Source of the DNA: a virus
Direction: 5' to 3' (one strand)
IMG/VR virus record: IMGVR_UViG_3300043331_000728
DNA length: 64,000 nucleotides
Shown: piece after piece, positions 37,344 to 45,965 of the stretch
How positions within the stretch are numbered: the first letter of the stretch is position 1
Layout: each line of letters opens with the position of its first letter
Program-made: the position numbers and the translations under genes
The notes under the pieces: generated by a model
The model's database searches: none
Told to the model about the DNA's origin: nothing
The model's input: only the letters and a program-made list of their open reading frames with translations

Positions 37344-38446
37344 TTCTTGGCTCCGGTATCCACGCCCGGAGTGCCGCCCTTGGCACGCTGTTCTTTCATG
37401 AACGCCTTGATTTTGTCAGCGAACACCTTGGCCCCCTGTTCCTTGAACTCTGGTCGATGGATCGAGTGCAGGGTCTCCGGCGACTCGAACAGCATGACCA
37501 GAATCCGGGTCAGTTCCTCGGTCGGGTCCTGTTCGTTGGCCCGTTCCGTGATGGCCACGATCACTTCAGACATGTCCTGGAACTCACCAGCGTTCAGGAC
37601 ATCGAGGATGTGGGCCGCAAAGTCGGTCGGCGACACCATAGCCGCCCACTCTTTCGTGGGGTTCGGCGTCCGGTTCTTGAGCGCCTGCAACACCGCTCCG
37701 GCCTGCGCTTGCGGGAACAGCCCGTGAACCACCAGCTTCCGCACGTGCTCGCACTCCCAGAACTCCGACAGCGTGAGCCAGCGGCGCAGCTTGTGCAGCG
37801 ATCCCGGCGCCTTGGGCCGGGCCGGGAACTTGATGGCCGGAAGATCCCGAAACAGCTCCTCTGCGATGTGCTGCACCGGCTTCAGATCAGAACGTCCCGC
37901 AATGTTCATGCCTTCCATGGGATATGGGAGGAAGAGCATACGAGCAACGAGGGGTTCTGGCAAGAGCCGCCCGTCCGGCTCGTTCATGGCCGCCACGATG
38001 GGCACCTTGTGGCTGATGCGTGTGTGCCTGAGCCGACGCTCGTCCGGGTTGAAAAGCGTCAGGAAGCAGGTGAGCACCGAGTCTGGTGCCTTGTCCAGCT
38101 CGTCGACAATGATGCCCCACTTCTTCTTGGGGTTACCCTGCTCGTCGTAATTCGACTTGTCGAGCAGATCTGGGCGGATATTGGCCGGCTGCGTGAAATA
38201 CAGCTTGTCGCCTTCCCGGTACGGCCAGCCAGCGATGTCCTCAGGAAGGTCCGTCTGCGGGTTGAAGACCATGATGTCCTCCAGCACCATGCCCATGTTG
38301 CGGTAGAGGGCGTAGAGGTCATGCGTCTTGCCGTACTGCGGTGGCCCGATGATGCACGGCACCCCGCGATGGGGGTCGGCCAGAGCCGTTACCACGATCC
38401 AACGAAACGCGTCCTCTGGGGTCCACTCCGCTGCTGGCTTGCTCAT
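37340..38446 (-). CDS. MoxR-family AAA+ ATPase
   Basis: Walker A IIGPPQYGKT, Walker B IIVDELDKA. Confidence 0.75.
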   Translation of the reverse strand: MSKPAAEWTPEDAFRWIVVTALADPHRGVPCIIGPPQYGKTHDLYALYRNMGMVLEDIMVFNPQTDLPEDIAGWPYREGDKLYFTQPANIRPDLLDKSNYDEQGNPKKKWGIIVDELDKAPDSVLTCFLTLFNPDERRLRHTRISHKVPIVAAMNEPDGRLLPEPLVARMLFLPYPMEGMNIAGRSDLKPVQHIAEELFRDLPAIKFPARPKAPGSLHKLRRWLTLSEFWECEHVRKLVVHGLFPQAQAGAVLQALKNRTPNPTKEWAAMVSPTDFAAHILDVLNAGEFQDMSEVIVAITERANEQDPTEELTRILVMLFESPETLHSIHRPEFKEQGAKVFADKIKAFMKEQRAKGGTPGVDTGAKK

Positions 38447-38491
38447 CTCCCCTCCTCCCGTGGTTAGGATGCCCGAACGTTGTGTGTTACG

Positions 38492-38818
38492 TCAACGACG
38501 GAATGCGCGACAAATACGACAGTAATGCTCGCCCGATAGAGGAAGCGTACACACGCAACACGTTATGGCCCGATCTGCACAAAAATGGCCACAATGAGCC
38601 AAAAACACGAACATTTCACGATCATAATCGTAGATGCTCACCCACACGTGAGGGGCGAGAGCGTCGAGTTGAGAGACTTGAGATATGCCCGCCCTTATCG
38701 TCTTCGGCTGAGTTCCTTGAAGTGCTCCAATTCCTTGAGCCGAGCCGCTTCCTTCTCGGCCTGACTGATGATCGGTTCGACCTTCACCAGCTCGCCGGTC
38801 TTGTCGTCGACTTTCCAT
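38492..38818 (-). CDS. Cys-rich family member
   Basis: AHCGHFCADRAITCCVCTLPLSGEHYCRIC. Confidence 0.55.
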   Translation of the reverse strand: MESRRQDRRAGEGRTDHQSGREGSGSAQGIGALQGTQPKTIRAGISQVSQLDALAPHVWVSIYDYDREMFVFLAHCGHFCADRAITCCVCTLPLSGEHYCRICRAFRR

Positions 38819-38831
38819 GAGCCACGCTCCG

Positions 38832-39059
38832 TCATATCGTCTCCTTGGTTCGCCGCACCAGGTCGATACCCTTCTTGCGCAAGCGGGTCACCGACGCATG
38901 GATGGCATGCGTTGATGTCTCTAGTCTTGCAGCAATTTCCTTAGCGGTATAGCCCGCATTCCAGAGCGCGATCAACTCGTCCCACTTCTCTTGAGGCCAG
39001 GACTTCATTGCTTTATCTGAGGCAAATTTGGAGGCAATGTAAAATCGCATAGTGCGCAC
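38832..39059 (-). CDS. GcrA-like HTH DNA-binding protein
   Basis: W..EKWDELIALWNAGYTAKEIAARL...HAIHASVTRLRKKG resembles GcrA N-terminal HTH. Confidence 0.45.
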   Translation of the reverse strand: MRTMRFYIASKFASDKAMKSWPQEKWDELIALWNAGYTAKEIAARLETSTHAIHASVTRLRKKGIDLVRRTKETI

Positions 39060-39358
39060 TTGCGCACAAGTTTATCCATATCTCTGCACGCACAACAAGT
39101 CCCAAGGTGTTTTACGCCGAAGTTCCAGCATATGTGTCCACACCTCATGAGCAACATATACGCATGCAATTTAGAAGAGTGTTCCCATCGGCAGATCCAT
39201 TCTAGCGCGTTATCATGCTTGACGACCCCAAAGCGTGGAGCGGATGGATCACTCATTTCGTCACACTCCAGCAGACGCGACAATGATCCTGTGAAGGCAA
39301 TTGTGAGCAGCGACAACAATTGAATAACGTCGACTCGTTGCGGCAAAAATGCGAGCAA
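39005..39358 (-). CDS. Cys-rich family member
   Basis: MRCGHICWNFGVKHLGTCCACRDMDKLVRKCALCD. Confidence 0.55.
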   Translation of the reverse strand: MLAFLPQRVDVIQLLSLLTIAFTGSLSRLLECDEMSDPSAPRFGVVKHDNALEWICRWEHSSKLHAYMLLMRCGHICWNFGVKHLGTCCACRDMDKLVRKCALCDFTLPPNLPQIKQ

Positions 39359-39561
39359 GAATACAGAAACAACGCATTAGGTGGTTGTGCGGACCAGTGT
39401 CCCGGACCCAACCGAATTCTGTCGCGTGTCAAAATGATGACGTAGGGTTGATCATGGTCTACAAATACCTTGAACAGTCGTGAATCCGTCGTGCCCACAG
39501 TAGGTTTTGAAGTGCCGCCCCTTGCCTGCGTGCCAGATCCAGATCTCAACCTCGCAGCCAT
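39253..39561 (-). CDS. Cys-rich family member
   Basis: YSCSHFCRNESTLFNCCRCSQLPSQDHCRVCW. Confidence 0.55.
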   Translation of the reverse strand: MAARLRSGSGTQARGGTSKPTVGTTDSRLFKVFVDHDQPYVIILTRDRIRLGPGHWSAQPPNALFLYSCSHFCRNESTLFNCCRCSQLPSQDHCRVCWSVTK

Positions 39562-39735
39562 GTGGATTCCATCCTTCGAGCAGTTTGCGTTTACGTCCCA
39601 GCTCGCTCGGAACTGAGCACTGAATCAGAAGCGGGGGTCGTTCAGGATGTAAGCACGCCAGATCTATGCGGCCCCAAAGGTCGGTGCCTACTGAGATCGG
39701 ACGCCCCGGCCCTACCCACACAATCTTGGGTCGGG

Positions 39736-40086
39736 CTACCTCAACTGAGTACCCTGCCTTTTCAAGGATGGTCCTTGCTTCTCGTTGGATGCGATTACCT
39801 TTTGCTGTTGTGTTCTGCCGCCTTGACAGCACACGTCGCACAGCGAATCTACCGTGGCGCACAGACAACAACGGTCCATATGTGCCACGTTGTGACCGCT
39901 CCGACAGAAGTGCCCGCACGCAGACAACGATAGCAGAATATTCCAGTTACCGCCGATGAAGATCGAACCCTCTCGATTACCTGGATTAGTGGGGCCACCA
40001 TGGAAGAAGCCGGCGGCTGCTTCACCCCATCCGACGATCCCGTACCTATCTAGCCCTTGCCACCACCGAGTAATCTTGAACTTCAT
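39736..40086 (-). CDS. Cys-rich family member
   Basis: ACGHFCRSGHNVAHMDRCCLCATVDSLCDVCC. Confidence 0.55.
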   Translation of the reverse strand: MKFKITRWWQGLDRYGIVGWGEAAAGFFHGGPTNPGNREGSIFIGGNWNILLSLSACGHFCRSGHNVAHMDRCCLCATVDSLCDVCCQGGRTQQQKVIASNEKQGPSLKRQGTQLR

Positions 40087-40307
40087 TTTCGATGATTGGG
40101 TAGATACTTGTCCACGTACTCGTTGAGCGCGTCGTTGACCACGGCCTGCACGTACTTGAGATGACGCTTACTGGGCACGGCCCCAGCTGCGATCATGCGG
40201 ACTCCCATCCATGTCTGGGTGTCCACCTTGCGCAGCGTGCAGAGAATGGTGTCCTTGCTCCGTGCCTCCGCACGTTTGCGCACCTTAAAACTGCCCGTCT
40301 TCGCCAT
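40083..40307 (-). CDS. small basic protein
   Basis: MAKTGSFKVRKRAEARSKD...; ATGA-coupled to upstream gene. Confidence 0.35.
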   Translation of the reverse strand: MAKTGSFKVRKRAEARSKDTILCTLRKVDTQTWMGVRMIAAGAVPSKRHLKYVQAVVNDALNEYVDKYLPNHRK

Positions 40308-41008
40308 CAGCTGTTCAGGATCTTTCCGATACGATCCTGAACGTCGACCAGCACCGACTCCAGCGCTCGAAGCGCCTCCGACTCTGCCTTGTAGCGAGGC
40401 AGGTTCTGGATATCTTCCATCGAGATCATGCCCTCCGTTCCTGTCATGTGACGAGCGGCGACGGGCATGCTGTGGAACTCGCTCGGTGCAGGCAGCAACG
40501 AGCTCTTGACCATCTCGATGGCGCGAGCGAGGTCCCACGTATCCGTCTTGACGTACCGCTTGTCCTTGGTGATGGAGAGCATGCCAGCCGCCACCAGCGC
40601 TGTCAACATCCTTGTGATGAACTGGTGCGTCACGTGCGTTTCGGCGGCGATGACATGGGTGGCCACTCCCCGCTTACGGGAGTCGACGAAGCCGAGCACT
40701 CGACCGGCGTAGCCCTGATTCGCGGGTGCCTCAGCTGTCACCGAGGCGACGCCGAGCTGTTTCGGGAACTTGCTCGTCACGGTGTAGCGATAGATGGTCT
40801 TGAACTTCCCTCGAAAGGCTTCGGTGCTCAACCACTCCGATTCGACCATGCGAGTGAGGGTGGGGCTGACCGTCTGAAGCTTGACGCCGGGGATGCGGTG
40901 CGTCGTGACGTACTGACACACCTCTTCGTGCGTGAATGGCTTGCCGATGGCACGAATGACTCGCGCAATCGCATCTCGAACTGGGCCTGGGCGAGAAGGG
41001 GTCATCAT
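40307..41008 (-). CDS. hypothetical protein (possible winged-helix)
   Basis: 233-aa ORF. Confidence 0.4.
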   Translation of the reverse strand: MMTPSRPGPVRDAIARVIRAIGKPFTHEEVCQYVTTHRIPGVKLQTVSPTLTRMVESEWLSTEAFRGKFKTIYRYTVTSKFPKQLGVASVTAEAPANQGYAGRVLGFVDSRKRGVATHVIAAETHVTHQFITRMLTALVAAGMLSITKDKRYVKTDTWDLARAIEMVKSSLLPAPSEFHSMPVAARHMTGTEGMISMEDIQNLPRYKAESEALRALESVLVDVQDRIGKILNS

Positions 41009-41607
41009 TCTCCTCTTTCTGCGCGCCTTCTGGCGGCTTGATATGCCGTATCGAACGACACGGTATTGTCTCGAATGGTTACGATTTCAGTTTTGTTCCA
41101 CTCCACGTTTGCTACACAGGCTGAACACGGGCAGTTTTTGGGATGTTGAAACGGAGACGAGCTTGCGGACTTCAGTGCAACCCATGCTCCGTCGGGTGTC
41201 ACTTGCTGACGAGTGGGCGGCCGATAGCCTGCTGGCGGCGCCGGGCTCGGCGACGTCACCGTCTGCCGCTGTGGTTCAGGCTCGGGCGCCCCCGGACGCC
41301 GACCGGTACGGTTCTGCGTCATTCGGACCCGTCCGACTTCGACGGTTTCCTCGGTTACGTCGTCAGCGCCTCGCCAGTCCCAGCCGATATTATCTAGCAC
41401 ATCGCGACGCTCATTGTGGAGGTATGAGCGCGACCACTCCTCGACATGATCGAGTGTAACCTCCACGTCGTTATCAAGGTCGAGAAAATCTCGCACCTCA
41501 TCCTCGTTAATCGTGTAGCGCCACACCCCAGTCTCAGCCCCGATCACGCTTCGGGTGCCGTTGAACGTAACAACGTAGACGGCCGGAGTGTAGGATGGCG
41601 GGGGCAT
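41005..41607 (-). CDS. hypothetical protein
   Basis: 200-aa ORF immediately downstream of JAB gene. Confidence 0.4.
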   Translation of the reverse strand: MPPPSYTPAVYVVTFNGTRSVIGAETGVWRYTINEDEVRDFLDLDNDVEVTLDHVEEWSRSYLHNERRDVLDNIGWDWRGADDVTEETVEVGRVRMTQNRTGRRPGAPEPEPQRQTVTSPSPAPPAGYRPPTRQQVTPDGAWVALKSASSSPFQHPKNCPCSACVANVEWNKTEIVTIRDNTVSFDTAYQAARRRAERGE

Positions 41608-41610
41608 TGC

Positions 41611-42546
41611 TCAGTATCCGTACTGGCTGAGGTCGATCTCGTCCTGCTTCTCCACCACCGCTGGACCTTGTGGCGGGCTCGCACTCCAGCCGGCCCAGCG
41701 TCTGGTGTCGAAGCCTTCCTTCGCCGTCACCTCACGGCCACCACTCGGCGTCGTCGTCGGTGTACTGGTAGCCGCCCCCGCTGTGTAACCGCTGTACGTG
41801 GTGACGGCCGCTTTCTTGATACGGTCGATCACAGAGGAGAGCCACGCCTGCTGCTCGGGCATGAGCACGGTGACAGTGGCGTCCTTGCTGACTCGGCCAC
41901 CGCACGGCAGCTTCTGCGATCGAATGCCGTGAAATTCGAGCTTGTCACTCTTGGCGTCTCGACCGACCACGATGGACACCGGGTGGTTGTCGACCAGATG
42001 CTGATCGTCCGTCCCGGAGTGCCACGCCTTCATGACGTGGTGGCTGTGGATCACGCCGTCAATACGGACGTCGGCCGGCAACGGCACGATGTCCCCGACT
42101 CGGGCACCGCTGGCGACCTGTTCGGGCACGATGAGCGCATCGAACACACCGTTCTCGTTGGCTTGCATGTAGGCCAGCCACTCGGTGCCCGGGAATTCCT
42201 TCATCAGCTCCGAGATCTGAGCGTAGATGTTGACCGAGAGCTGGATGCTGGTGGCGTGAAAGAACCCGCACTCCTTGAAACGCGGTGTCTGTTCTTCCTT
42301 GGGAATGGACCAGCCGCCGACCTTGTGCTGAAAGCCGATCTGCTTGTTGACCTCGGCCTCAGCCATCCGCCTTGCCCAGTCCCCCTGATGTGGTGCCGTC
42401 ACGGGCTGGGTCTGATAGTGAACTGGCAGCCTGTTGTTGTCCTCGGTCATGCTGTCGTCCTCCAGATCGTCGATGTATTGAGCCCACTCCGCGAGCAGTG
42501 ACCACCACCGCTCGCGATTGCGGTTTCGCTGTTTGCGGCGGCCCAT
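41611..42546 (-). CDS. JAB/MPN+ (JAMM) metalloprotease
   Basis: JAMM motif HSHHVMKAWHSGTDD (HxHx7Sx2D); start at ATG 42546 just after E1 stop. Confidence 0.65.
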   Translation of the reverse strand: MGRRKQRNRNRERWWSLLAEWAQYIDDLEDDSMTEDNNRLPVHYQTQPVTAPHQGDWARRMAEAEVNKQIGFQHKVGGWSIPKEEQTPRFKECGFFHATSIQLSVNIYAQISELMKEFPGTEWLAYMQANENGVFDALIVPEQVASGARVGDIVPLPADVRIDGVIHSHHVMKAWHSGTDDQHLVDNHPVSIVVGRDAKSDKLEFHGIRSQKLPCGGRVSKDATVTVLMPEQQAWLSSVIDRIKKAAVTTYSGYTAGAATSTPTTTPSGGREVTAKEGFDTRRWAGWSASPPQGPAVVEKQDEIDLSQYGY

Positions 42547-42548
42547 GG

Positions 42549-43205
42549 CTACTGTGTCCGCGCAATACGGCCGGTGTACGCCGGCCAGCTCACCCCGATC
42601 ACACCAATCGAGTACGCGGCCACGATAGCAGCCGGCCCTACCCACATCGGGATGGCGTTGTCGTAGCCGCCCGGTGTCTCGCCGACAACCCACGGTGCCA
42701 TGTTCATCACCGAGGTCATGTTGTCCTTGTCGCAGCCGGCCCGCACGTACGTGAAGCCTTGTTTCTTGGCGTGTTCGTAGATCATCTTCTGGATGGCCGC
42801 TCGATCGGTGCAGTCGAAGATGACGTAATCCGTTATCAACATCTTCGTCTCGTCGGTGAACCGCTCTGGAATGGCGACGACCTTGCACTCTGGGCGATAC
42901 CGAGCGATCTCCTCAGCCATTGCCTCGACCTTGTAACGTCCGACGCTGCTGGTCGGCAGCGGCAGCCGATTCAGATTCGAGGGTTCCACCCTGTCCGGGT
43001 CCATGAGCGTGAGCTGTTGCGCTCCTGACAGCGCCAACATCAACGCCACCCAGGACCCGCTGCCACCGACTCCGACCACGGCCGCTGGGAAATCGTTAAA
43101 GATCCCCCGCTGGCGCTGATACAAAGCGTCGTGATGGATCAGAACACCTGGTTCGCTCTCACCTCCGAGCGCTCGATCTCCTCGGTCACGGCTTGTGTCG
43201 TCCAT
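42549..43205 (-). CDS. ThiF/MoeB/E1-like adenylyltransferase
   Basis: GVGGSGSWVALMLALSGAQQLTLMDPDRVEPSNLNRL (Rossmann GxGxxG and DxDxVExSNLNRQ-like). Confidence 0.7.
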   Translation of the reverse strand: MDDTSRDRGDRALGGESEPGVLIHHDALYQRQRGIFNDFPAAVVGVGGSGSWVALMLALSGAQQLTLMDPDRVEPSNLNRLPLPTSSVGRYKVEAMAEEIARYRPECKVVAIPERFTDETKMLITDYVIFDCTDRAAIQKMIYEHAKKQGFTYVRAGCDKDNMTSVMNMAPWVVGETPGGYDNAIPMWVGPAAIVAAYSIGVIGVSWPAYTGRIARTQ

Positions 43206-43948
43206 GCGACCTCCTTGTTGTCGGCGTTCACGACGAGCAGGTTGCGGTACATCGGTAAATTTGGCGGGTCTTGGAGACCCAACGAGTTTGTGTTGATGAT
43301 GTTGAGCTGCGCTTGCCACTCGGCGAAATGCGCCAGCACTTCATCGTACGTCTTGATGTCGATCTCCATATCGCCCATGCAGTCCTGTCCTCCACTGGTG
43401 TGGTAGTGGATGAACTGCTGGCCGGTAGCCAGATAAAACAGGCTGTGTCCCACGGCCATCTTGGATGGCAGGTTGTACCGCATGACGGCGCTCAGGTAAA
43501 TGGGTCGGAACTGGCCCTCGGCGAGCCGCATCGTCTGGCAATACACGACGATGAATTGCGGCTGATAGACCAACGGCATCTCGAACCCGTAATCGCCGTC
43601 CGCGCGTTGCCAGACACGCAGCCCCGCCTTGGCGTGCTTCTCACCAGGAACCTTGATGGGTACCTGGTTCGCCTGAATTTGACGTTGAGCCTGATTCAAC
43701 GACTCGTGCAGACGCATCAGCTGATCCCGATAAGCGTCCAGCTCGGACAGCTTCTGATACACAAGCACTTGCGCGGCACGCTGGATGCTGGCGTTCAGAG
43801 AGGCTTGGCCATCGTAATTCGACAACATGAGGGTGTAGGCATAGCCGTTGACAACCAGAGTCGCGTTACTTGAGCGCCCTTCTGGACTACCGAGAGGGAT
43901 CGACGTGTTCGGCGGAGACGGGATGACGATCTCGTCAAGGCGAATCAT
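43139..43948 (-). CDS. hypothetical protein, speculative E2-like (HxH...C) core
   Basis: FIHYHTSGGQDCMGDM...W resembles HPN-x8-C-x-L UBC arrangement; weak. Confidence 0.3.
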   Translation of the reverse strand: MIRLDEIVIPSPPNTSIPLGSPEGRSSNATLVVNGYAYTLMLSNYDGQASLNASIQRAAQVLVYQKLSELDAYRDQLMRLHESLNQAQRQIQANQVPIKVPGEKHAKAGLRVWQRADGDYGFEMPLVYQPQFIVVYCQTMRLAEGQFRPIYLSAVMRYNLPSKMAVGHSLFYLATGQQFIHYHTSGGQDCMGDMEIDIKTYDEVLAHFAEWQAQLNIINTNSLGLQDPPNLPMYRNLLVVNADNKEVAWTTQAVTEEIERSEVRANQVF

Positions 43949-44296
43949 CTAACCCTCCAGTTCCGGGTACTCACGGTTGTCGAACTTCCTGATGAATTCT
44001 TTGACCGCCTCCGTGGTGTTCACTGTGACGCCATCCACCAAGATGGAGTGGGCCTTCACGCTCACGGAGTCTGAGAACTTCGATCGCAGGTAGTTTGCGA
44101 TCGGGCACCTGTCAGCTGCGCCGGGATGCCCCGTGAATTGCAGGTTGACCAGCTTGATACGGATCTTCTGCGTGGTGGAGCCGAGCCTGGTGAGGGCCTG
44201 CACGAGCGGTTTCTCCAGCTCGCGCTGCATGATGGCCACCTTCTTTTGCATCCGATTTTTGCGTTGCGCGAGATTGATCTTGTGTGGCACTGCCAT
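43949..44296 (-). CDS. hypothetical protein, paralog of 22806..23141
   Basis: shared KINL.Q...EKPL...CP(V/I)AN(F/Y)L(K/R).(R/K)F and (E/N)YPE tail. Confidence 0.45.
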   Translation of the reverse strand: MAVPHKINLAQRKNRMQKKVAIMQRELEKPLVQALTRLGSTTQKIRIKLVNLQFTGHPGAADRCPIANYLRSKFSDSVSVKAHSILVDGVTVNTTEAVKEFIRKFDNREYPELEG

Positions 44297-44385
44297 CCTC
44301 TCCTCAGTTGCGAAAATGAAGGCGGTGTAAAATCCGGGCGGCCCCCCTCTGGAGGCCGCCCGTCTTTACGCGTGCAAGCTAGTGG

Positions 44386-44775
44386 CTAGGCCGCCTCGCT
44401 ATGCGGGCGCAGCTCGACGATGTTGCCGGCCGCCAGCGTGGCCGGTGCCGCACTCGGGTCGGCGATCACCTTCAGTCCCCCATCGGGGGTGGACGAGTAG
44501 TGGACGTAGAAGGTGGCGTTGAAGCCGACCTCTTTCGCCACCTCGTTCACCGCCTTGAGAAACTCGGTGTTGGGATCGAACTCGAACGCGCGGCCGTTGG
44601 CTCGCACGATCGGGTTCCGGTTCTCGGGGAGCACCCAACCGGACGGACGGGGCTGCTGCTCTCGACCCTGCATACATCCTCCTTCGGTAGCAGGGGGTTC
44701 ACTGCTCGCGACACACTGGGCACAACCAACGACCCTTGATCGGCAGGCATGATGCCATAAGTGAACAGCCTTCAC
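44386..44775 (-). CDS. hypothetical protein
   Basis: 129-aa ORF. Confidence 0.35.
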   Translation of the reverse strand: MKAVHLWHHACRSRVVGCAQCVASSEPPATEGGCMQGREQQPRPSGWVLPENRNPIVRANGRAFEFDPNTEFLKAVNEVAKEVGFNATFYVHYSSTPDGGLKVIADPSAAPATLAAGNIVELRPHSEAA

Positions 44776-44858
44776 ACCGTCGATATTGGGGTTGGTTATC
44801 GGACAAACGAAGGCCCCGCACCATCTGATGCAGGGCCGTCGTGATACGGACGAACGGG

Positions 44859-45167
44859 CTAGTTGCGCTTGGCTGTTTCGTGGGCGTCCTCTTCGACGCC
44901 TCGCTGCTTGCCTTGCTTGCTATGCGCGGCAAGCAGGGCGTGGATTGTGGGGTGAAACTTCTCCGGCATATTGCGGAGCCCCTGTTCCCAGAACCAGTAC
45001 GTGCTGCGGGTTGTGCGTAGACGATCGGCCATCTCCACGATGGTGAGGCCCAGCAACACCCGCACTTCCTTGAGGCTAAGCCGCTTTCTAGGTCGGCTCG
45101 TTTTGACTTTGACGTACTTCGGGATTTCCACGATCCGTTCGGATTTCGCAACCGCACTCATAAGCAT
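44859..45167 (-). CDS. XRE-type HTH DNA-binding protein
   Basis: LGLTIVEMADRLRTTRSTYWFWEQG helix-turn-helix. Confidence 0.5.
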   Translation of the reverse strand: MLMSAVAKSERIVEIPKYVKVKTSRPRKRLSLKEVRVLLGLTIVEMADRLRTTRSTYWFWEQGLRNMPEKFHPTIHALLAAHSKQGKQRGVEEDAHETAKRN

Positions 45168-45236
45168 CCTCCTCGGGTTACGACCATGCTCCCTTAGAAG
45201 AGCCGATGAATGACGCCGCTGTCAAGCGGCGATTGG

Positions 45237-45575
45237 CTACTCTCCTTCTCTAGGATACCAGTGCGGATTGCGAGGCAAGGTCTCCACCGTTCCTTCATGG
45301 TGGTGCATCAAGTAGTCGACGATGACGACTTCTGGATCGTAGACGTGACCACAGTTGTGGCAGCCGACTCGGTTGTCCTCGGAGTCTGCCTTGTAGAGGA
45401 AGCGCAGCGTATCCATGTCACGAGTGCCGCAGTTCGGACACGCCGCTGCCCGAGGAACCGTCAGTGCCTGTGCCATACGCTCTCCTTTCTTAACGAACCC
45501 TGCGGGTGGACAGCTCACTGTACGGCGTGGGCCGGTTGAGATCACCGGGACACGCACGCTTGATGATGGTCCCAA
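45237..45575 (-). CDS. zinc-ribbon protein
   Basis: CPNCG...CHNCGH. Confidence 0.35.
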   Translation of the reverse strand: MGPSSSVRVPVISTGPRRTVSCPPAGFVKKGERMAQALTVPRAAACPNCGTRDMDTLRFLYKADSEDNRVGCHNCGHVYDPEVVIVDYLMHHHEGTVETLPRNPHWYPREGE

Positions 45576-45714
45576 CCAGCACTAGTAGCACGAGTGCGAG
45601 CAGGGTCCATCGTTGCCATGGCCACATCGCCCGGTACACTAACACGAACGCACTAAGGATGGGGGACTTGTTCATGATCTCCCTCGTGACCGCTTCCTCT
45701 TGCGCTGTGCCCAT
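45490..45714 (-). CDS. small membrane protein
   Basis: TM segment WTLLALVLLVLVGTII. Confidence 0.3.
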   Translation of the reverse strand: MGTAQEEAVTREIMNKSPILSAFVLVYRAMWPWQRWTLLALVLLVLVGTIIKRACPGDLNRPTPYSELSTRRVR

Positions 45715-45965
45715 GGTGGTGGGGTCGTTGCTTCACCCTTGACTTTGACCGTGGGATTGAGAGCGCTAGCGGTAGTGGCCACATGAATGAGATCGTTCAG
45801 CCACGAGCGATCGAAGGTAGCCTTGAGGAAGTACGACTCGTCGTCCTCGATGTAGAGTTCAGCGATACCCCATGAACCCCCATCCGTGAACCTGATCCCG
45901 AACAAGGACCCGACCGCATCCAGGTCCCCACGACGCAACGGCTCTGGACGATCGTACTCGCTCAT
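45672..45965 (-). CDS. hypothetical protein
   Basis: 97-aa ORF. Confidence 0.3.
   Translation of the reverse strand: MSEYDRPEPLRRGDLDAVGSLFGIRFTDGGSWGIAELYIEDDESYFLKATFDRSWLNDLIHVATTASALNPTVKVKGEATTPPPWAQRKRKRSRGRS

Noticed and set aside
39452-39919. 155-aa minus-strand ORF with faint PD-(D/E)XK-like spacing
   Set aside because: It overlaps the conserved Cys-motif regions of two Cys-family genes (39253-39561 and 39736-40086) in other frames. The motif conservation argues that those frames are the real ones.
39940-39975. T-loop-like gaagatcgaaccctc
   Set aside because: There are no complementary T-stem or acceptor stems, and it lies inside a Cys-family CDS.
44699-45157. 152-aa ORF overlapping the XRE HTH gene
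   Set aside because: Most of it is low complexity. Only the last ~40 codons (CEGCS...CPVC) might be a separate tiny zinc-ribbon gene, and I could not support a start.
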